A stretch of 63,773 nucleotides of DNA, filler included, from Octopus bimaculoides (lineage: Eukaryota): NCBI RefSeq assembly GCF_001194135.2. It is 6 parts of 5 records of this genome, joined end to end, with 100 filler letters (N's around TTAATTAATTAA, not from the genome) between each part and the next. Parts side by side here need not be neighbours in the genome. Positions count along the whole stretch, not along the records: positions 8,977 to 40,325 come from NC_068981.1; positions 40,426 to 52,302 come from NC_068986.1; 4 more parts are not named here. One strand, written 5' to 3'. The notes below the pieces were generated by a model, which searched no databases, was not told the origin of the DNA, and saw only the letters and a list, made by a program, of their open reading frames with translations. Shown here piece after piece: positions 28,230 through 41,303 of this stretch (positions within the stretch are counted from its first letter, which is position 1; each line of letters begins with the position of its first letter). The translations under genes and the position numbers were made by a program.

Positions 28230-28760
28230 GACCTGGCACAGTATACAATATCGTGAGGTTGTTGATTGAAAATATTGTCTACCAGGCATTTGTACTGTTT
28301 GTTAGGTCACAGCAAGGACCTCAGACATATATTACTTTACGCAATATGCGAGCAGTTCAAAGTAATGCCGACTTTTGCAACACATCTAGATTGTAGGATA
28401 TTTCCAGAGTTTTCAGATGTTTTTTTTTTTTCTCAGATTGGTTGGTATTGAACCCAAGCTCCAATGACAAGAGGGATAATCTTTATGTTCGACTCTCGAA
28501 GCTGCCACATCTTAGCGATCTCACTTCTGAGGTCTCCATGTTTATCAAACTTTTGTCTTTCTTTCATGATGATAAGTTGATCTCCTGACACTGCCACGTC
28601 AATTATTAGGTACTCATTTTTGCCCCTCCTATAGGTTTCCATAAGCGGCCTTCGTTACTCTAACACTTTGTCTGTCTGGAAATCAAAGTCCCAAGTAATT
28701 TTTCCTTCCCTTTTTCGTCCTCATATCCATAGTAGCCAGTGGAGAGTTTGGATTACCTTG
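28229..28760 (-). mobile_element. R4/Dong-like LINE 3' end, different subfamily
   Basis: LIIDVAVSGD..KFDKHGDLRSEIAKMW..IIPLVIGA; LQKSALL.TARILRKV; a distinct UTR runs into (AAT)n at 28160-28228. Confidence 0.85.
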
Positions 28761-29206
28761 TCGAGTCTACGTTTGTACATTTCTCTGTGTTTTGTATAAC
28801 CATCTCGTCGGTTATTCCCAAATCCTCCTGTTGCTTTAACCACTCTGATTCAGTGTCGGTCTGTTTCTCCTGAGACAATCCACCCTCCTTAGTGCGGTTG
28901 CCGGTTTAGTTGCCGATGACTCCACGTTTGCACAACGCCACATGTTATTCATGCTGGGTAATTATTGTTCACTGCAATCATTTCAACATTACTACTATTA
29001 TCCCTTCCTTATTTTTTTAATACCTCACAACTATAATTTCCTACTTATTACTGAAATTATCTAGCTTCATAGCTAACAACAATCTTGGATCTACGTTACA
29101 AAACCGGCTTTTTCGCTAGTGGTAAGAAGTCTTGAAATAAAACTGAATAATGACATAATACGTATATACATACATACATGCATACATGCATACATACATG
29201 CATACA

Positions 29207-29240
<34 letters not shown>

Positions 29241-29262
29241 CATACATACATACATACATACA

Positions 29263-29293
<31 letters not shown>

Positions 29294-30327
29294 GAGAGTA
29301 ACCGACGAGATGGTTATACGTATGTGAAACTATTAAAATACTAACCAGGCACCCTGAATAATCTAATGTTCGGCAGAAATAATTGGAAGTTGTTACACCA
29401 TTACAAGGAGATATATCTAATGTGCTTCATAGCTAACATCAGTTGATACGAAATGTTACTGATAAATAAGTGGTAGTAATGTAAGTTACCACCTCAATTC
29501 GTCTTCACAAGTCCTCCGTCTGCTTATCATTCACTTATATAAGTTAGACTAGCGAGTTCCAGGGATTTTTGTTTTGGACACTATTTGGACACATCTCATA
29601 AATATCATTATATGCATTTATTAATGTTTCGTCTGACTTTTATATAGATACATTTCATAGTACAAACAATACATTTCTTTGATAAATGATCGAAGAAAAA
29701 GTAACTTTGAGATTCCCTCACACTTATTGACAATCAGAAAATCATGAAAGTCAAAATGACATTTCAAGCCCTCATAAGAATATTTTCGATCACATAGGAT
29801 AAAAAACAAACATTTGTTTAATCACAAAACATAAACATATATATCCTTCATCTTCCATAACACACTTAAACAAACGGATATTTTACAATAACCAAAACAA
29901 AGGCTATTTTTTAAATCGTTAAACAATATACGAAAGAGCAAGGCAATATGTCATGAATAAAGGCAATATTAGCTTTTAAGTCAATATAGGTAATAAAACT
30001 GTCTAGGTGAACAAGAAATCAACGCCTGTACTAAAAAGATACTTAATTTGGGGTTTTAATTTGAATAAAGGCACACAGATGATATATTTAATCGCAAGGA
30101 AACGATTTCTGTATTTACTCTTAATATTTAGAAACAGAAGAAAAAAAGAGATGGCACAGAGAGAAAACAAGGAAAAATCTGCTGGATATATTTATTGGTT
30201 TCATTTGATTGAGTTTATTTACCCTCTATTCAGGATAAATATACTAACACAGATGACAAAACCAGTGAGGTGTTCGGCAAGTAGGAATATAGATAGATAG
30301 ATAGATATATAGATAGACAGATAGATA

Positions 30328-30384
<57 letters not shown>

Positions 30385-30439
30385 GCAGAAAGAGAGAGAT
30401 ATATACACACACACACACATTAATATTTAATAGAAGGAA

Positions 30440-32040
30440 CAGTCTCAATGAATCTCTAAATGCTGGAGATGCAAGAGATTCATTTCTCATTTTCCAGGCT
30501 GACTTACTATCACCACTCCTCTTTTGTCTAGTCTTAATTCCCCTCTTGAAATTGCTTCATGATGTACAGTACGGTCATAAAATGGTTGATAAAAATATAA
30601 ATCACCTTATTTTCAAAGATGATTTAAAGCTCTTTGCAAAAAAATGACCAACAACTACAGGGCTTACTAACGATTACTAAAGAATTCAGTGATTACTTCA
30701 GGATGCAATTTCTCCTTAATCAAGGAGAAAATGACAAAAACGACTAACGTAAACCTTGACGAGCAAAATGTCATAAAGGTGTTAGAACCAGAGGAGAGCT
30801 ACAAATACCTAGTAGTATTTGAAGGGGACGGAATCAAACATTCAAGGATGAGGGAAATGTTCACAAGAGAATGTTATCGCAAGGATAGAGCAATACTCAA
30901 ACCAGAGCTGAATGCAAGAAACGGGATGAAAGCGATAAATACTTTAGCCATACCTGTCCTGACTTACAGTTTCAATATTATTAACTCGATAATTACTGAA
31001 ATGTGTAAACTTGAGAGAAAAATTCGAAAATTGTTGACAATGCATAGAATGCACCACCATAAGGCAGATATAGAACGGTTTTATCTGCCAAGAAAAGATG
31101 GAGGCCGTGGGCTTTTACAATTGGCATTATCAATGAAGATTGCCACAATTGTCCTAGACACCTACCTGAAAATCTCTAATGATGGGATGTTAAAATTTGT
31201 CTCAAAACATGAAAACAAGAATCATACTCATTAATAAACCAAGCAAAGGAATATCTAAGTGAATTCCAAATACAACAAATCTCAGAATAAGACGTACTAG
31301 AAACAAACATGCAAACAGCTAAGCGTACGAAAACCCGTGCTAAAACTGCTGCCTTAGGCATTCTGCCTGATAGATGGCAAGAAAAACCTCTCAATGAAAA
31401 ATACCCAAAGCGAGCTAATAATGCCGATGTTGATTAAGCCCGCACCTATCAATGTTTAATGGCTTCTGGTTTAAAGTCAGAAACAGAATGGTTTATCATA
31501 GTAGTTAAAGATCAATACCTACCTACACGAATATATCAGGTCAATATATTAAAGTTCGACAACTTCTGAATATGTCGGTTATATTAACAACAAAATCAAA
31601 GCGTTGATCACACTGTCTCCATGTGCAGTCTTCTTGTGCTTACAGAATATCGGCACAATATATTCACTAATTTGCAAAAACCTGGACCTGCGCTATGATA
31701 AAAACTGGTGGGAACACAAACCACATCCAGTGCTTGGAAATAATCACATCTTACTCCTCTGGAACTTCACCATTCAGACTGATAGAAAGATAAATGTAAA
31801 TAATCCAGACATTATATTGAAAGACTTCAGAAAAAAGTCATTCCCCCTCATTTATACGACTTCCGAATTGATATAAACGTATCTGCCAAGACCTACCAAA
31901 AACTGAACAAGTAAAAATAGATCTTGAAAGAGAAATTAGCAAAATGTGGAACGTGAAAGCAAAAACAATACCTGTTGTTGTAGGTGCCCTAGGAATGCTA
32001 GCAAAATGGGCTGATTCCTACCTAGCTCAGATATCAGGTA
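30440..32040 (+). mobile_element. R4/Dong-like LINE, RT through RLE (degenerate)
   Basis: IFQADLLSPLLFCL..HLIFKDDLKLFAK; YKYL..KAINTLAIPVLTYSF..ERFYLPRKDGGRGL; PDIILKD; MWNVKAKTIPVVVGALG. Confidence 0.92.
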
Positions 32041-32072
32041 AATACCAATATGAAATAACAGAAAACTGCCGT

Positions 32073-32588
32073 AAATACCAATATGAAATAACAGAGAACT
32101 GGTATGAGCATGTACCAAGTAAAGTTATGCAGGAGAAAGTTAAAGTAATGATAGTCTGGGATTATGATTTTCAGACATATCGTGTAATCGAACACCATCG
32201 GTCGGATATTGTAATATTGAATAAGAGAGACAGATACAATCAGATCATTGATGCAGTCATACCGAATGACATGAATGTTGTAATTAAATATGTTGAAAAA
32301 AATCACCACGTGCTCGAACTGAAAGTGGAAATGGCAAGACTATATTGAATGTGAGAGCGTAATGCAAAGGTGATAAAAGTGGGTAATCAGAGCGTTGGGC
32401 TTAATCCTATTCAAACTTCAAAAATTTTTGAGGCAACTGGAAATCCCATACAAGATTGATGTCTTACAAAAAGCAGCTTTATTGGGCAGAGCGCACATCT
32501 TAAGGAAGGTATCATTTGTCTGAGGTTCTTGTTGTTGGCAGATGACTACAGACTCCTGTGTTTTTTTTACTTACACTGTGTTACGAAG

Positions 32589-32590
<2 letters not shown>
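32073..32590 (+). mobile_element. R4/Dong-like LINE RLE + 3' UTR (second subfamily)
   Basis: WYEHVPSKV..IVWDYDFQT..RSDIVILNK..IIDAVIPND; KAALLGRAHILRKV; followed by (AAT)n. Confidence 0.85.
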
Positions 32591-32659
<69 letters not shown>

Positions 32660-32842
32660 TATTCAGACAAATACATAACAAAAACACCAGGACTTACAAA
32701 TATATATAACATACAGAAAATTGCCCTACTGGGCACTGCACACATCCTATGCAAAACACTTTCAATACAGTAACCATAAGAGCATCACAGCAAACCACAG
32801 GTAGTGAAGTGAAAGCACGTTATAAAAATAAAACTACTGAAC

Positions 32843-32845
<3 letters not shown>
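32660..32845 (+). mobile_element. Short R4/Dong 3' tip between two (AAT)n tracts
   Basis: PGLTNIYNIQKIALLGTAHILCKTLSIQ* and the UTR gtagtgaagtgaaagcacgttataaaaataaaactactgaac, same family as 27641-28160. Confidence 0.9.
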
Positions 32846-32904
<59 letters not shown>

Positions 32905-32905
<1 letters not shown>

Positions 32906-33454
32906 GCCCTGATGCAATACCAGGCAGTGACTTACATGACTACTGATCTCAACTGATTCGAAGTGTTATCATGTACATGGATTTGTCTTGGTATAAAAGA
33001 TGGGCTACAGCAAATATTCTGTTCAATACCACAGATTTGCTTGTCAAATGTTTGACCATAAACAGTTGAACATAGCCCACAGAGGTGACTATATGTCCGT
33101 CTCTGATCACGAGCAGAAGTAATGGGGGAGCGTCATAGCCATGCATTGACAGGAATTCTTTTGGATTTGGATAATTCATCTCTAGAAACATTAGTGTTAC
33201 GTTCATCATCACAATCCTTATTCAGAGAACATTTAAGCGGGATAGGCTAATCGACCTGCAGAAAATACTAAGTGGGCCCCCACCTGCAAAGTCATGAACT
33301 GTTAATAAGGATATGAGATCACCATTTTGCGCACATAATGTCGTGATGCATGTGTTTGGTGTACCCTTATCAGACGAGTAGTCATGAAGGGTATTCTGGG
33401 TTTCGTATATTTTACCCCAGTGTCACTTTCATGGTATGCACTGCACCCTCACTC
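32905..33454 (+). mobile_element. Element C copy 2
   Basis: Collinear with 7258-7806; (AAT)n on both sides. Confidence 0.85.
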
Positions 33455-33590
33455 AGTAATAATAACAATAATAATAATAATTTCATTTATTTTCCACGAG
33501 GGCGACCGATGAGGAGCAGAATACTAAGACAGACATAAAGTGTGAGAATTTACATATAATGAAATGCTAAATAAATGTTAAGTAAAATTT

Positions 33591-33625
<35 letters not shown>

Positions 33626-33869
33626 CTTGTTTAATAATTATTATTTTAAATTACGCAGAAGGCAAGCTTCTGTGAATGAAATATGTTTGTCGATAGCGTC
33701 TATTCTTTACTTGGAGGGACTTTTTCTATGTCAACAGTGGAATTAGAAAAGAGAAATTTGATGTCGGATAGATTTGAACCCGGGATGTAGAGTAGTAGAA
33801 TATATACCAGAAGTCTTTCGGCCATCATAGAAACGCTGGTGCTAACACGAATAATAGAATCTACATCGG

Positions 33870-33895
33870 CAGCAGCAGCAGCAGTAGTAGTAGTG

Positions 33896-33959
<64 letters not shown>

Positions 33960-34300
33960 GATTAGGAGTAGTAATAGTAGGAGGAGGTGAAGGAGGAGTG
34001 TCAGCGGTAACAGCAGCAGGTACACTGAAAGTCAGAGTGGTAATACTTGTCAGGTGGTGTATTCTGTTCTGGCTGCAACACCAGGTAAGGTAGCAGCAGC
34101 AGAACAACAGCCGCGAGGTGGCAGCAGGAGCAGCAGTAGTAATATTAGCAGCAGCAGCAGCAGCAGCAGCAGAAATCGTTGTTGTTTTGTTGTTACTTGT
34201 ATTACAGAAGCACGAGGAGCAAAGAACATACGCAGTAGCAAAATTTTCACTGACGTCATCATGGACATCAATAACACCATCACCGTCATCGCTATCATTC

Positions 34301-34331
<31 letters not shown>

Positions 34332-34358
34332 CATTATTATTATTATTATTATTATTAG

Positions 34359-34408
<50 letters not shown>

Positions 34409-34410
34409 GC
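33870..34410. repeat. GCA/GTA/ATT trinucleotide mosaic
   Basis: Directly visible. Confidence 0.9.
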
Positions 34411-34711
34411 ATCTTCGCAAATACGACTACCTATATCACCAGCTCAAACAAGACTGTCGTCAATAAGATCATCATGGATATCTTCAGCTATGTGGAAAAC
34501 AACAATGGCCATCGTCGTTGTCGTGAAGTTGTCACGTGAGTCGCAGTGGTGATGTCGTTGTAGTCGCAATCAATTTTATCAATTACGAATCTTAGTTCTT
34601 ACCTAGCAGCAGCGCTGACCGAAAGCTTTCCTACTAAACAATCACAACATTTCCACATCACAGCAAATTTACTTCCACAGTCACATGATCATAACAATTA
34701 CAAATAAGCAT

Positions 34712-34797
<86 letters not shown>

Positions 34798-35039
34798 ACA
34801 CACACATACGCGCGCGGTCATCTGTTTCCACGTTTGTCAATGTGTGTATGTGTGTTTAATGTAAAAGCGACAGCGACAGATTTAATGTTGGTAAGAAAGG
34901 AAAGACAGAGAGAAAGAAGGAAATATATAGAAATATAGGAAGAGATTATGAGAGCGGGAGAGAGGGAGCAAGAGGGAGAGAGAGATGGAGAGACGGTGAC
35001 TGAGAGAAATACGTATGCGACTGTGTGTAATTTCGTAAA

Positions 35040-35215
35040 GTGTCAGTTGATAACTCGACCCCAGTACTTAAATGGTACTTGATTTATCTACTCCGAAAAA
35101 ATGACAGGCAAAGTCGACCACGGTGGAATTTGGACTCATAGCATAACGGCAGGCGAAAAGCCGCTAAGCATTACGCCCGGCGTGCTAACGATTCTTCCAG
35201 CTCACCGCCTTAATC
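35040..35215 (-). mobile_element. SINE family B
   Basis: tcgaccccagtact...ggaatttggactcatagc...gctaagcattacgcccggcgtgctaacg. Confidence 0.75.
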
Positions 35216-36119
35216 CTACGCAAACACGAACCAACTGTTTCATATCTTCGTTTTCGAAACTAAAAATGCAGATGGCAGGTGAAGTCAATAACGTAGGGGA
35301 CAACCAAGTTGTGTTGTTAGCAATTGTAAACTTGTCATTGCGGTAGCCAAAGTAACTTGAATTTTTTCGGTTAATGAGTACAGTCTCATTGTTGATTTTT
35401 ATATTTATTGATAGCGCTATTGTTTAGCGACATCTTTTATGAAACTCGTTTCAAATCGGAATCATCTTACATTTTTTTTTCTTTTGTTTATATTTGGTTC
35501 TAAATTGTTCTTGTATATTCTCTGTTTATGTCTGTGTCTGAATACGTGTGCGTATATATGCATCTCTCTCTCTCTCTCTTTCTTTCCCTCTCTCTCTCTC
35601 TCTCTTTCTTTCCCTCTCTCTCTCTCTCACTCTCCCTCTCTCACAGATACACAAACAAACACACACATACATACACATATATATAATATGACATATGCCT
35701 CGTACATGAATAAGACATGGGAAATGGCGGGGTACGGGCATTGAAGCTGCATTGAAGATAGTGATAGATATACTGATGGATATATCGATGAATTAGAGGT
35801 GAAAATGCCTCGTTAAGAGGGTTTGAAACCGCATCTTAGTGCATTATTTGTAGTGGTTTAAAACCTTAATTCTGTTTTATAAAAAAAAATATGTTAAGTA
35901 AGAGGTTTCAGTGCCTCCTTTTTGTAATAGGTTTGAAACCTCATATTGATTTTTTTAATAAGAAAATATGTTTTCGAGAAAACCCCAATCGCGAGCGTTG
36001 AGTTTCGTCCGTCTCTTATTTATTCATTTTATGTCATTTCATTTCCATTCATTAATGTGTTGTCCAGCCTGCAGCTACTCTGTATACTGGCTTTATTGAC
36101 AAATAAAATGAAATAAAGT

Positions 36120-36695
36120 AGCTTGCTTACCAACGAATGGTTCTGGGTTCAGTCCAACTGCGTGACACCTTGGGCAAGTGTCTTCTACTGCAGCCGTGGG
36201 CCGACCAAAGCCTTGTGAGTGGATTTGGTAGACGGAAATTAACAGAAGCCCATCCTATATATGTATATATATATATATATATATNNNNNNNNNNNNNNNN
36301 NNNNNNNNNNNNNNNNNNNNNNNNNNNNNNNNNNNNNNNNNNNNNNNNNNNNNNNNNNNNNNNNNNNNNNNNNNNNNNNNNNNNNNNNNNNNNNNNNNNN
36401 NNNNNNNNNNNNNNNNNNNNNNNNNNNNNNNNNNNNNNNNNNNNNNNNNNNNNNNNNNNNNNNNNNNNNNNNNNNNNNNNNNNNNNNNNNNNNNNNNNNN
36501 NNNNNNNNNNNNNNNNNNNNNNNNNNNNNNNNNNNNNNNNNNNNNNNNNNNNNNNNNNNNNNNNNNNNNNNNNNNNNNNNNNNNNNNNNNNNNNNNNNNN
36601 NACTAGGTTTACTAGAAATAAGTCCTGGTGTCGATTTGCTCGACTAAAAGCTGGTGCTCCAGCATAGCCAGTCAAATGTCTGAAACAAGTAAAAG
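36120..36695 (+). mobile_element. SINE family A split by an assembly gap
   Basis: Head at 36125-36260, internal (TA)n plus N gap, 3' end at 36601-36695. Confidence 0.8.
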
Positions 36696-36755
36696 ATTAT
36701 ATGTGAGTAACTACACACTCACACACGAGCAGAATCATATACACACAGACACACC

Positions 36756-36795
<40 letters not shown>

Positions 36796-37584
36796 CACAC
36801 ACACACACACATTTCGCGTCACACTAAATAATTCTGGTACTATACACTGGTTCAATAAGTTACTGCTCTGATCATATATATTGAAATATTTACATTAACA
36901 TGTTCAGATCTTGAAATGTTTCAACAGAGGAAGGTCTTATATACTGGATGTGCTTCTTATATATTACACAAACCTGCAATGTACTGTTACTAATTCTTCT
37001 CACTTCAGTGTACAGCTAATATAGGTATACATATATACATAGTCTACTGTTCCATTACAGTAGGATCAACAAAATTATACTCCATCCAGTGAGATATAGA
37101 CATACTTTAATTTACATTGTATTGAAATAAGAGCTACTGATAGTTTCTTTCCATTGAAACACATAGTTAGGCACATTTTTTATAGCATAGTTGTGTTTCC
37201 AAGGAGTCTTTGGGCTCTGGTCACATGGCACGTTCTGTTTGAAAGTCTTGATGCCGGTACATAAGAAACCACGAGAAAAGGCGAGAAAGTAGACGTAAAT
37301 CGTGGACTGAGGAGACAAAGTTTGAATTATAACGTGCGGGAAAAAAAAAGCTTATCGACACAACCAAAGCACTCAGTTGGCTAGCAACAAACGGGGATTG
37401 ATGATCGACTACACACCATATATACTTATTTTGGAGAATTGTGGAGAATTTATGTTATATTTACATGGATCTAAGAATCATTCCATATAGAAATTGATGT
37501 ATTCGCTCTACAGAAATACAAGGCGCCAATACAACCGGCCTGCACACCTGCATACAATACATTCACATTAGTAATATTTCTGTT

Positions 37585-38060
37585 TAACAAGGCGGCGAGC
37601 TGGCAGAAACGTGAGCAAGCCGGGCGAAATGATTATCGGTATTCTGCCGTTACGTTCTGAGTTCAAATTCCGCCGTGGTCGACTTTGCCCTTCATCCTTT
37701 CGGAGTCGATAAATTAAGTACCAGTTACGCACTGGAGTCGATGAAATCGAATAAATCCCTTTGTCTGTCCTTGTTTGTCCCCTCTATGTTTAGCCCCTTG
37801 TAGGCAATGAAGAAATAAGAAATCTTAGCATGCCGGTCGGAATGCTTAGCAGTATTTCGTCTGTCTTGACGTTCTGAGTTCAAACTCCGCCGAGGTCAAC
37901 TTTGCTTTCCATCCTTTCGGGATCGATAAATTAAGTACCAGTTGCGTACTTGGGTCGATCTAATCGGCTGGGGTCGATCTAATCGGCTGGGGTCGATCTA
38001 ATCGACTAGGCCTCTCCACCAAAATTTCGGGCCTTGTGCCTAGAGTAGAAATGAATACAT
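37585..38060 (+). mobile_element. Two tandem SINE B copies; the second has a 3x ~19-bp internal duplication (gggtcgatctaatcggctg)
   Basis: A-box-like tggcagaaacg, B-box-like gagttcaaattcc, core gcccttcatcctttcggagtcgataaattaagtaccag. Confidence 0.85.
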
Positions 38061-38621
38061 TCACACATTTCGGCTGTACTGGCGCCTTGTATTGCTACAG
38101 AACGAATAGCACGCCATTTACTCTTACAAACGTGGACAATAGNNNNNNNNNNNNNNNNNNNNNNNNNNNNNNNNNNNNNNNNNNNNNNNNNNNNNNNNNN
38201 NNNNNNNNNNNNNNNNNNNNNNNNNNNNNNNNNNNNNNNNNNNNNNNNNNNNNNNNNNNNNNNNNNNNNNNNNNNNNNNNNNNNNNNNNNNNNNNNNNNN
38301 NNNNNNNNNNNNNNNNNNNNNNNNNNNNNNNNNNNNNNNNNNNNNNNNNNNNNNNNNNNNNNNNNNNNNNNNNNNNNNNNNNNNNNNNNNNNNNNNNNNN
38401 NNNNNNNNNNNNNNNNNNNNNNNNNNNNNNNNNNNNNNNNNNNNNNNNNNNNNNNNNNNNNNNNNNNNNNNNNNNNNNNNNNNNNNNNNNNNNNNNNNNN
38501 NNNNNNNNNNNNNNNNNNNNNNNNNNNNNNNNNNNNNNNNNNNNNNNNNNNNNNNNNNNNNNNNNNNNNNNNNNNNNNNNNNNNNNNNNNNNNNTATATA
38601 TATATAATATAATATAATACG

Positions 38622-38655
38622 TACTAGCAACGCATCCCGGGCTTCCCCGGGTCTT
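38622..38655 (+). mobile_element. Possible Helitron-type terminus (TACTAG..CCCGGGCTTCCCCGGG hairpin)
   Basis: Motif only, next to a TA-rich tract. Confidence 0.3.
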
Positions 38656-39550
38656 AAGACCAACAGCAACTTCATATTATCTGTTTCTTTCGTATGGACA
38701 GAATCGGCACATGTGGAGTATGAAGCAAACAACTCTTCTTTATAAACATGTTTTTGGTCATTTTGTAATGAACGCCGTTGTAATTGCTGACACCAAAAAT
38801 ATGTAGAATGGAAGCTTAGATTCAAATGAAATTCTAACATTGCACCCCAAATGACCTACACTTACGGATTTAAAGAATTTGATGACGTATGTAAACGTAC
38901 AAGTATCTTCTTTCCATGTACCTTACTTTCTGCAATGCTTCTTATCTTCGTCTCATTTATATTTGAGCACTTCTTTTGCAGTCTTATGAAACCTTTTGTT
39001 TCTATTAGAACAGACAAATAGTTTTTACTGATGTATGTATGTATGTATGCATGTATGTATGTATGTATGTATGTATGTAGGTATGTATGTATGTATATGT
39101 ATGTATGTATGTATATATATATATTTCGATTATAGATTTGGTTTGCAATATTCTGTACGTGAGTTCATGTATTGAAGCATTGTAAAGCATATTTTTTTTG
39201 TGTCTGGGGGAGTCATTCTCTTTTAGTGACTTATTATTTACCATACTCAACGGTAAAGTTTCCACTCATTTGCTTATTCGTTTTTCCTAAAATTTTCGTT
39301 CCATTTTGCAATTAAACGGTGGGTAACAATATATAGAAAAACTCACAATTGATGAAGGGTCTTTCCTTATACTGTTTGTCTTGTTTTCCATTCGTGTCTT
39401 TCGTTGTTCGAAAAAAAATAGTTCATATTCCTTATACTCGTACGTCGTATTTTTGGTTCTGCCCGTTTCGTGACGTCATGTGCACACATATGCATATATA
39501 TACGTATAGATGTAAGTATATAGAGATACATATGTATATATGCATATGGA

Positions 39551-39627
<77 letters not shown>

Positions 39628-40440
39628 TACTTCTATTCTTATATGACTGAGCGCTAACCATCCTCTACTAAGTAAGTTTTATCTTAATAATACTGATGCA
39701 CACTCTATACGATATTTTTACTCACTCGTTTTCCCCTCTCTTTCTTATACTTTTACCTCCTCTTCTCCCACTATTCTATCATATTACTCTGTCACTTTCT
39801 CACCCTCGCTCCTACCCCCACGTGACCATCGGCCATTTCCTCACTTCTCCTAACTTCTGTTTCTGTGTTTCTCTTTGTTATAGCTGGGACAAGGAAGACG
39901 GGTTTTTGTATGTCTCCAGTCGAAGCTTGATTTACGCGTTAACCACAACAACCTCGTTTAGTATTTGTTTTCACTGTCCTGTTTGTGCTAACAATTTTGA
40001 CACTATGCAACATCTCAAAGCTTATTAAATTTGCTTTGCGGGAGCAACAGTTTTATGGAAAGCATATATTGTCTTGTTGTTAAATGCTCGAAATACGAGA
40101 TTAGAAAAACAGAAAACAGAAAACAACCGGTGATGGGTCGTTCTTAATGTTGTTTGTCTTGTTTTCCATCTCAAATAGTTCATATTCCATGTACTCGGCC
40201 TTCGTACTTTTTGTTGATATATAAATATATATATTTACGTATAGATGTATGTACATATACATATGTATATATTCATATATATATATAAATATACAAATGT
40301 ATGTATATATATATATATATATATANNNNNNNNNNNNNNNNNNNNNNNNNNNNNNNNNNNNNNNNNNNNTTAATTAATTAANNNNNNNNNNNNNNNNNNN
40401 NNNNNNNNNNNNNNNNNNNNNNNNNATGGAAAAATCATGG

Positions 40441-41303
40441 ATTACATGGGAAAATGCGGGCAAGAGAAATAATATTCTTAAGATTGTAAACCTTGAAAAT
40501 TACATTACACTTGGAAAAGTTCAGGACAACTTATTACATCTGGTAAAGTACAGAACAAGACAATTTTTACTTAAAATATTGCAGCTAAGGATAAAATTTG
40601 GATATTAAAAATTATTTGATTTTAATTTTCAAAGTAACATTATAATTAAAAAAAGGTACCATCATTTTGTTAAATAGTGGTACACTAGAATACTTAAAAA
40701 ATGAGAGACAAAAGTACTAATATAGCTAAAATTTTATGCAAAGAAGAATGGTATATATGGTAGGCAAATTCATTATGTCAAAAATAGGCATTAGGTCAAA
40801 ACTAAAAATGTAAAGACTTGGCAATAACTTAGGCAATAACTGAAGCAAATTTTACTGTGAATTTGTTGTTATAGGTAGATTTTGCTGTAATATATAACTA
40901 ATGTTTTTTATTATTCTATTTATTGTACTAACTATTTATATACTACTATTATTTTTTATAACCCATTTTCAATTTCTAATTATTAATTAAAAAAATGAAT
41001 TTTTTAAAGTGCAAAAAATATTTTGATTTAGTTATTTTTAAATTTTTAATAGAAGCAACAAGTAATAGCTAATAAAATTTTTAGTTTTAATAAAAGCTAA
41101 TATTTTCTAAATCTAAATATTTTATTTTTATTTGAAATTTTATCCTTAGCTGCAATATTTTTAGTAAAAATTGTCTTGTTCTGTACTTTATCCGATGTAA
41201 TAAGTTGTCCTGAACTTTTCCAAGTGTAATAACTTGTCCTATAATTTTCCATGTTTATAATCTTAAGAATATTATTTCTCTTGCTCGTGTTTTTCCATGT
41301 AAT
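40441..41303. mobile_element. Foldback/MITE-like element with ~160-bp inverted arms
   Basis: 40441-40599 matches the reverse complement of 41135-41303; the arms contain sub-repeats (ggacaa.ttattaca...gaaaa); the left end abuts a gap. Confidence 0.8.

Noticed and set aside
35818-35942. CRISPR-like array
   Set aside because: The repeats are too short and irregular, the context is eukaryotic, and there are no cas genes.
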